37,097 nucleotides of DNA, taken from IMG/VR virus record IMGVR_UViG_2563366877_000001; one strand, given 5' to 3'. Origin of the DNA: a virus. Taxonomy: Duplodnaviria > Heunggongvirae > Uroviricota > Caudoviricetes. A program made the translations under genes and the position numbers. The notes beneath the pieces were generated by a model. That model searched no databases. It had not been told where the DNA came from and saw nothing but the letters and a program-made list of their open reading frames with translations. This document shows positions 28,651 through 37,097 of this stretch, piece after piece. Each line of letters opens with the position of its first letter. Position 1 is the first letter of the stretch.

Positions 28651-30478
28651 ATTTGAGCTTAAGGCGTTGATCACCGGTGTCGACAGGCTTTCTCCCGCGC
28701 TGTCGAAAATGCAAAAGAAAATCCGGGGATTTAAACGCCAGGCGGAAGAAGCGTCACAGGGTGGGCTGGCGCTTGGTGGCGGACTGGCAGCGGGTCTGAC
28801 GCTTTCCCTGAAATCTTATGCCGATCAGGAAAACGCCGCCACCGGGCTGAAAGTCGCCATGATGGATGCGAACGGCGAGGTTGGAAAGAGCTTTCAGGAC
28901 ATCAATAAACTGGCTATTGGACTGGGTAACCAGCTACCCGGTACAACGGCTGATTTCCAGAACATGATGCAGATGCTGGTGCGTCAGGGGATTCCGGCAG
29001 AAAACATTCTGGGTGGTGTGGGTAAAGCGACAGCTTATCTTGCGGTACAACTGAAAAAAACACCGGAAGCGGCTGCTGAGTTTGCTGCAAAGATGCAGGA
29101 TGCTACCGGAACGGCGTCAGAAGACATGATGGGGCTGTTCGACACTATCCAGAAGGCGTTTTATCTGGGCGTTGACGATACCAACATGTTGTCCTTCTTC
29201 ACTAAAACCAGTTCTGTTCTGAAGATGGTGAACAAGGACGGTCTTCAGGCTGCACAGAGCCTTGCCCCCATCAGCGTCATGATGGATCAGATGGGGATGA
29301 ACGGGGAGTCGGCAGGTAATGCACTGCGAAAAGTTATCCAGTCCGGATTAAGCGTTAAGAAAATCAGGGACGTCAATAAAGTCATGGCCCGCCAGAAACT
29401 CGGGGTACAGCTCGATTTTACTGACGGCAAAGGAAGTTTTGGCGGTCTTGATAACATGTTCAGGCAACTGGCAAAGCTGCGAAAACTGACCGACGTTAAG
29501 CGAACAGGTGTACTTAAGGCAATATTTGGTGATGATGCCGAAACCCTTCAGGTGGTCAATGCACTAATCGATAAAGGAAAGGATGGCTACGATCAGATCC
29601 AGCAGAAGATGAATAAACAGGCCAGCCTGAATAAACGTGTTCAGGCCCAGCTTGGTACGCTGTCCAACCTGTGGGAGGCAATGACGGGGACCGCAACTAA
29701 CGGCCTTGCGGCTATTGGCGGCGCATTTTCTGGTGACGCCAAAAATATCACGCAATGGCTGGGGGTGTTAGGGGAAAAATTCACGAAGTTTGCGGATGAA
29801 AATCCCCGGGTTATTCGCGGCGTCGTCGGGCTTGCTGCCGGTCTTGCGATTCTGAAACTGGGATTGATGGGCGTTGGCGGTGCCATCAGTATTGTCAGCA
29901 GGATCATGTCGATGACGCCGATTGGAATGATTGCGACGGCGATAGCCCTGGCTGCGGGATTAATTATCACTAACTGGGATGTTGTCGGACCTTATTTCAA
30001 GAAGCTCTGGGAAACCATTGGTCCTTATTTTGAGGCTGGCTGGGAACTTCTGAAGAAGGTTTTTGCCTGGTCGCCGCTGGGGATGGTAATCAATAACTGG
30101 GGACCGGTTGTTAAGTGGTTTCAGGATATGTGGGACAAGCTGAAGCCAATTATTGAGTGGTTTACCGACAGTTCCGGTGACACGGTCGATGCCATTAACT
30201 CTGCGCAGTGGGGCGCTGGTGCTTATGATGCTTATGGGACGGGAATACCGGCACGGGGATACACACCTTATCAGGCGGTAGATCCGGCTCAGTCAAACAA
30301 CGCCTCCGATGCCACAGGCCCGAATCCCTTCATGATTAACAAAGCTTCTGCGCCAAAAGTTGCTGGTGAGATCAAGGTCTCTTTTGTGAATTCGCCTCCG
30401 GGTATGCGGGTTATGGAAACGCGATCCAGCGGTTTTGATGTCAGCCATGATGTTGGCTATACGCGCTTTGGCAGGTAA
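28643..30478 (+). CDS. tail tape measure protein
   Basis: 611 aa, Ala/Gly/Gln-rich with hydrophobic C-terminal segment. Confidence 0.88.
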   Translation: MAEFELKALITGVDRLSPALSKMQKKIRGFKRQAEEASQGGLALGGGLAAGLTLSLKSYADQENAATGLKVAMMDANGEVGKSFQDINKLAIGLGNQLPGTTADFQNMMQMLVRQGIPAENILGGVGKATAYLAVQLKKTPEAAAEFAAKMQDATGTASEDMMGLFDTIQKAFYLGVDDTNMLSFFTKTSSVLKMVNKDGLQAAQSLAPISVMMDQMGMNGESAGNALRKVIQSGLSVKKIRDVNKVMARQKLGVQLDFTDGKGSFGGLDNMFRQLAKLRKLTDVKRTGVLKAIFGDDAETLQVVNALIDKGKDGYDQIQQKMNKQASLNKRVQAQLGTLSNLWEAMTGTATNGLAAIGGAFSGDAKNITQWLGVLGEKFTKFADENPRVIRGVVGLAAGLAILKLGLMGVGGAISIVSRIMSMTPIGMIATAIALAAGLIITNWDVVGPYFKKLWETIGPYFEAGWELLKKVFAWSPLGMVINNWGPVVKWFQDMWDKLKPIIEWFTDSSGDTVDAINSAQWGAGAYDAYGTGIPARGYTPYQAVDPAQSNNASDATGPNPFMINKASAPKVAGEIKVSFVNSPPGMRVMETRSSGFDVSHDVGYTRFGR

Positions 30479-30501
30479 TGAAAAATTAATCTGTTAATGA
30501 G

Positions 30502-30523
30502 TCCCACTCCGGTGGGATTTTTT
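30502..30523 (+). terminator. intrinsic terminator-like hairpin within the tail operon
   Basis: TCCCAC-tccg-GTGGGA followed by TTTTTT, between the tape measure gene and the next tail gene. Confidence 0.5.
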
Positions 30524-30538
30524 ATGTACGGAGTTTAT

Positions 30539-31867
30539 ATGACGTGGAAAGACAGACTTCAGGACGCGTCATTTCGCGGTGTGCCGTTTAAGGTTGAAGA
30601 AGAAAGTGCGGGAACCGGTCGTCGTGTGGAAACGCACGAATACCCGAACCGCGACAAACCCTATACCGAAGACCTGGGGAAAATCACTTTCCGCCCGTCC
30701 ATCACAGCTTATGTGGTGGGAGATGACTGCTTTGACCAGCGCGATCGCCTGATTGACGCGCTGAATAAACCCGGTCCCGGCACGCTTGTCCATCCGACTT
30801 ACGGTGAGCTGAAAGTCTGTGTTGACGGGGAAGTTCGGGTCAGCACATCGAAGAGTGAAGGGCGTATTGTCCGCTTTGACCTGAAGTTTGTCGAAGCGGG
30901 AGAACTCTCTTACCCCACTTCAGGTGCGGCGACGGCGCAGACGCTGATGTCATCCTGTTCTGCACTGGATGACTGCATCAGTGACAGCTTCAGTGGTTTC
31001 AGTATCGATGGCGTGGCAGATTTTGTGCAGAACGACGTCGTCGGTAATGCCAGCACAATGCTTGGGTATGTTTCTGATGCGATGAAAGTGGTGGATTCTG
31101 CCGTATCGGATGCCGCCAGGCTGTTGCAGGGGGATATCTCGGTACTTCTGCCGCCGCCATCGTCAGGCAAAAATTTCGTTGAGCAGGTGCAGAAAATGTG
31201 GCGTACCGGGAAACGCCTTTATGGTAACGCCAGCGACCTGGTCACCATGATCAAAACGCTTTCCGGTGTCAGCCTCGGCAGCGATCTGCAACCGCGCGGC
31301 GTCTGGAAAACGGACAGTAAAACCACCGCCACGGCGACGCAGCAGCGTAACGTGGTTGCCAGCACCCTTCGTACGACCGCAATCAGCGAAGCGGCGTATG
31401 CCGTCACACGATTGCCTGCGCCCACAACTTCCGCGGTGATGCAGAATGCCACAGTGGGGCCGTCAACAACACCCGCGCAGAGCACCGGCTGGCCTTTTGT
31501 CACGCATCCGGCACTGAACAATGCACCGGCGGTGAAAAACACGGTTGACCTGCCAACGTGGGAAGAACTGACCGACATTCGCGACACACTGAATACGGCA
31601 ATTGATAAGGAGTTGTCCCGTACAACCAGTGATGCGCTGTTTCTGGCGCTGCGCCGGGTGAAAGCAGATCTGAATGCGGATATCAACACGCGCATTGAAC
31701 AGTCTGCACGGATCATTCAGCGCACGCCGGATGAGGTTTTACCCGCGCTGGTGCTGGCGGCGACCTGGTTTGATAACGCGGCGCGTGACGCGGACATTAT
31801 CCGGCGTAATGCCATTACGCATCCCGGCTTTGTGCCGGTGATCCCTCTGAAGGTGCCAGTGCAATGA
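30539..31867 (+). CDS. DNA circularization protein (Mu gpN-like)
   Basis: About 442 aa from ATG 30539 (GGAG Shine-Dalgarno); the ORF-track start at 30497 would span the terminator hairpin. Confidence 0.8.
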   Translation: MTWKDRLQDASFRGVPFKVEEESAGTGRRVETHEYPNRDKPYTEDLGKITFRPSITAYVVGDDCFDQRDRLIDALNKPGPGTLVHPTYGELKVCVDGEVRVSTSKSEGRIVRFDLKFVEAGELSYPTSGAATAQTLMSSCSALDDCISDSFSGFSIDGVADFVQNDVVGNASTMLGYVSDAMKVVDSAVSDAARLLQGDISVLLPPPSSGKNFVEQVQKMWRTGKRLYGNASDLVTMIKTLSGVSLGSDLQPRGVWKTDSKTTATATQQRNVVASTLRTTAISEAAYAVTRLPAPTTSAVMQNATVGPSTTPAQSTGWPFVTHPALNNAPAVKNTVDLPTWEELTDIRDTLNTAIDKELSRTTSDALFLALRRVKADLNADINTRIEQSARIIQRTPDEVLPALVLAATWFDNAARDADIIRRNAITHPGFVPVIPLKVPVQ

Positions 31868-32943
31868 ACGACAATGTCACGCTACGGGTAAATGGCCGGG
31901 AGTGGAATGGCTGGACATCGGTGCGCATCGGTGCCGGTATTGAACGGCTGGCGCGGGATTTCAGTGTGGAGATCACTCGCCAGTGGCCGGGAGATGAGGG
32001 TATCACCACGCTTCAGCCGCGCATTAAAAACGGTTCAAAAGTGGAAGTGCTGATTGGTGATGAGCTGGTGATCACCGGCTGGGTGGAGGCGACTCCCGTT
32101 CGTTACGATGCCCGTTCGGTCAGCACCGGTATTGCCGGACGTAGTCTGACGGCTGACCTGATTGACTGTGCAGCCGAACCGACACAGTTTAACGGACGCT
32201 CGCTGGTGCAGATTGCGCAGGCGCTTGCTGCGCCTTTCGGCATTGAGGTGGTGAACAGCGGTGCGCCGTCGGGTGTTATTCCTGATGTTCAGCCTGATCA
32301 CGGTGAAACGGTGATTGAGGTAATCAACAAAATACTCGGTCAGCAGCAGGCGCTGGCTTACGACGACCCGCACGGCAGGCTGGTGATTGGCGGTATTGGC
32401 TCAACGCGGGCACATACCGCGCTGGTACTTGGGGAAAACATCCTTTCCTGTGATACGGAGAAGAGTATCCGGGAGCGGTTTTCTGTTTACCAGGTGGCGG
32501 GGCAGCGTGCCGGAAACGACGATGATTTCGGTGAGGCCACCACCACCGCGCTGCGGGCCCGCACAGAGGACGCATTTATTGCCCGTTACCGTCCGATGTA
32601 TATCAGGCAGACAGGGCAGGCCACGGGGGCAGGCTGTATTGCGCGTGCTGACTTTGAAGCCCGACAACGGGCGGCGCGGACGGATGAAACCACTTATGTG
32701 GTGCAGGGCTGGCGACAGGGTAACGGTACGCTGTGGCAGCCCAACCAGCGGGTGATTGTCTTCGATCCGGTCTGTGGTTTCGACAATACCGAACTGCTTG
32801 TTTCGGAAGTCACGTTTACTCAGGACCAGAACGGCACCCTGACGGAAATCCGTGTCGGCCCGCCTGATGCTTATCTGCCTGAACCCGAAGATCCCGGCGC
32901 GCGGAAAAAGAAAAAAGCCAGAGTACAGGAGGACCCGTTCTGA
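31864..32943 (+). CDS. baseplate hub / tail protein (Mu gpP-like)
   Basis: 359 aa; position and size in a Mu-type tail module. Confidence 0.78.
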   Translation: MNDNVTLRVNGREWNGWTSVRIGAGIERLARDFSVEITRQWPGDEGITTLQPRIKNGSKVEVLIGDELVITGWVEATPVRYDARSVSTGIAGRSLTADLIDCAAEPTQFNGRSLVQIAQALAAPFGIEVVNSGAPSGVIPDVQPDHGETVIEVINKILGQQQALAYDDPHGRLVIGGIGSTRAHTALVLGENILSCDTEKSIRERFSVYQVAGQRAGNDDDFGEATTTALRARTEDAFIARYRPMYIRQTGQATGAGCIARADFEARQRAARTDETTYVVQGWRQGNGTLWQPNQRVIVFDPVCGFDNTELLVSEVTFTQDQNGTLTEIRVGPPDAYLPEPEDPGARKKKKARVQEDPF

Positions 32944-33491
32944 TGAGGGCGATTGAAGCCATGCAGCGACAACTCCTCGGCCTGATTGGGCGGGCCGTGG
33001 TGAAAAGCATCAGTGCCGCCACGAAATGTCAGACCGTGGATGTGTCCCTGATTGCCGGTGAACCCAAAGCCGGGGTTGAACATCTTGAACCCTACGGTTT
33101 TACCGCAAGGGCAAACAGCGGTGCGGAAGCGGTGGTGTTGTTTCCGGATGGCGACCGTTCTCATGCGGTGGTTGTTACGGTGTCGGACCGGCGCTACCGC
33201 CTGAAAGGGCTGCAGACGGGTGAGGTGGCTGTCTATGACGATCAGGGGCAGTCCGTGACGCTGACCCGGGAGGGGATCGTAGTGGACGGTGCAGGTAAAA
33301 CGATCACGTTTCGCAATGCACCTGAAGCACGTTTTGAAATGGACCTTGAAGTGACCGGACAGGTGAAAGACCTGTGCGACTCCGGCGGCACCACCATGTC
33401 AGCGATGCGGCTTGCCTATAACGGGCATCGTCACAGAGAGAACGGTCAGGGCAGTAACACCGACAAACCTGATAAAGCGATGGAGGCATGA
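32943..33491 (+). CDS. baseplate assembly protein (gpV / Mu gp45-like)
   Basis: 182 aa; position in baseplate cluster. Confidence 0.75.
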   Translation: MRAIEAMQRQLLGLIGRAVVKSISAATKCQTVDVSLIAGEPKAGVEHLEPYGFTARANSGAEAVVLFPDGDRSHAVVVTVSDRRYRLKGLQTGEVAVYDDQGQSVTLTREGIVVDGAGKTITFRNAPEARFEMDLEVTGQVKDLCDSGGTTMSAMRLAYNGHRHRENGQGSNTDKPDKAMEA

Positions 33492-33524
33492 TGGAACTGT
33501 GGCTGACGGTGAACGGTGTAGTGG

Positions 33525-36212
<2,688 letters not shown>

Positions 36213-36222
<10 letters not shown>

Positions 36223-36797
36223 CAAACGATGATTATATCCGTCTGTTGTCGGCACTGTTGCCGCCCGGTCCGGCGTGGTCAGTCAGCGATCCGGCGATTG
36301 CCGGTGCAGCACCGTCATTAACCCGTGTTCATCAGCGTGCGGATGCCCTGATGCGGGAGCTGGATCCGCGCACCACCACCGAACTGATAAACCGCTGGGA
36401 GCGTCTGTGCGGCCTGCCGGATGAATGTATTCCCGCAGGGACACAGACCCTTCGCCAGCGTCAGCAACGGCTGGATGCGAAGGTTAACCTGGCGGGCGGC
36501 ATCAACGAGGATTTTTATCTTGCACAGCTTGCTGCCCTGGGCAGACCAGATGCCACCATCACGCGATACGACAAAAGCACCTTCACCTGCTCATCGGCCT
36601 GTACTGACGCGGTGAATGCGCCGGAATGGCGGTATTACTGGCAGGTCAACATGCCAGCTGCCACCAACACCACCTGGATGACATGTGGTGATCCCTGTGA
36701 TTCCGCACTGCGTATCTGGGGGGACACCGTTGTCGAGTGCGTGCTTAACAAACTCTGCCCGTCGCATACCTACGTAATTTTTAAATATCCGGAGTAA
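36213..36797 (+). CDS. tail protein (Mu gp48-like)
   Basis: 194 aa following the baseplate J gene. Confidence 0.7.
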
Positions 36798-36800
36798 TTC

Positions 36801-37097
36801 ATGCATCGTATAGACACGAAAACCGCGCAGAAGGATAAGTTCGGCGCGGGTAAGAACGGTTTTACCCGTGGTAACCCCCAGACAGGCACGCCTGCCACCG
36901 ATCTGGATGATGACTACTTTGACATGTTGCAGGAGGAGCTTTGCAGCGTTGTGGAGGCATCCGGTGCCAGCCTGGAGAAGGGGCGGCACGACCAGTTACT
37001 TACCGCACTTCGCGCGCTGCTGTTAAGCCGCAAGAATCCGTTTGGCGATATCAAATCGGATGGCACGGTGAAAACGGCTCTCGAAAACCTTGGTTTG
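36801..37097 (+). CDS. tail fiber protein, N-terminal part (runs off window end)
   Basis: Starts [26 protein letters not shown]..., the conserved N-terminus of enterobacterial prophage tail fibers; GGAG Shine-Dalgarno; no stop before window end. Confidence 0.8.
   Translation, partial: MHRIDTKTAQKDKFGAGKNGFTRGNPQTGTPATDLDDDYFDMLQEELCSVVEASGASLEKGRHDQLLTALRALLLSRKNPFGDIKSDGTVKTALENLGL

Overview
The window starts with the chromosomal proA gene and tRNA-Thr (thrW), and everything after about position 1445 is a mosaic lambdoid prophage integrated at thrW (left attachment site at the tRNA 3' end; the right end lies beyond the window). All calls are from reading the sequence and the ORF track; no searches were run, and protein identities are recognised from memory of lambda, P22, DLP12 and Mu-like families. 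Gene order: P22-type int/xis, a leftward early operon (small ORFs, TraR-like zinc finger, phage Dam-type methyltransferase, lambda-like exo/bet/gam), an immunity region (OL-like operators, a moron lipoprotein, cI, OR, cro, YdaT-like), lambda-type O with iterons and P, a nin-like region (truncated ren, exported-protein moron, about 1 kb with no ORFs, ninB, ninE, ybcO, rusA, ylcG, Q-like), lysis genes (holin, R, Rz/Rz1, bor), then an HK97-type head module and a Mu-like contractile tail module. Most worth follow-up: (1) an AT-rich 267-aa gene transcribed against the late operon in the Q-to-holin slot, a candidate uncharacterised accessory or defence gene; (2) a roughly 1-kb ORF-free segment in the nin region; (3) an intact IS3-family element with 3-bp target duplication splitting a baseplate gene, so the prophage is probably tail-defective; (4) a lipoprotein in the slot lambda uses for rexAB; (5) no classical N gene, but an arginine-rich first ORF after pL preceded by a long leader hairpin.
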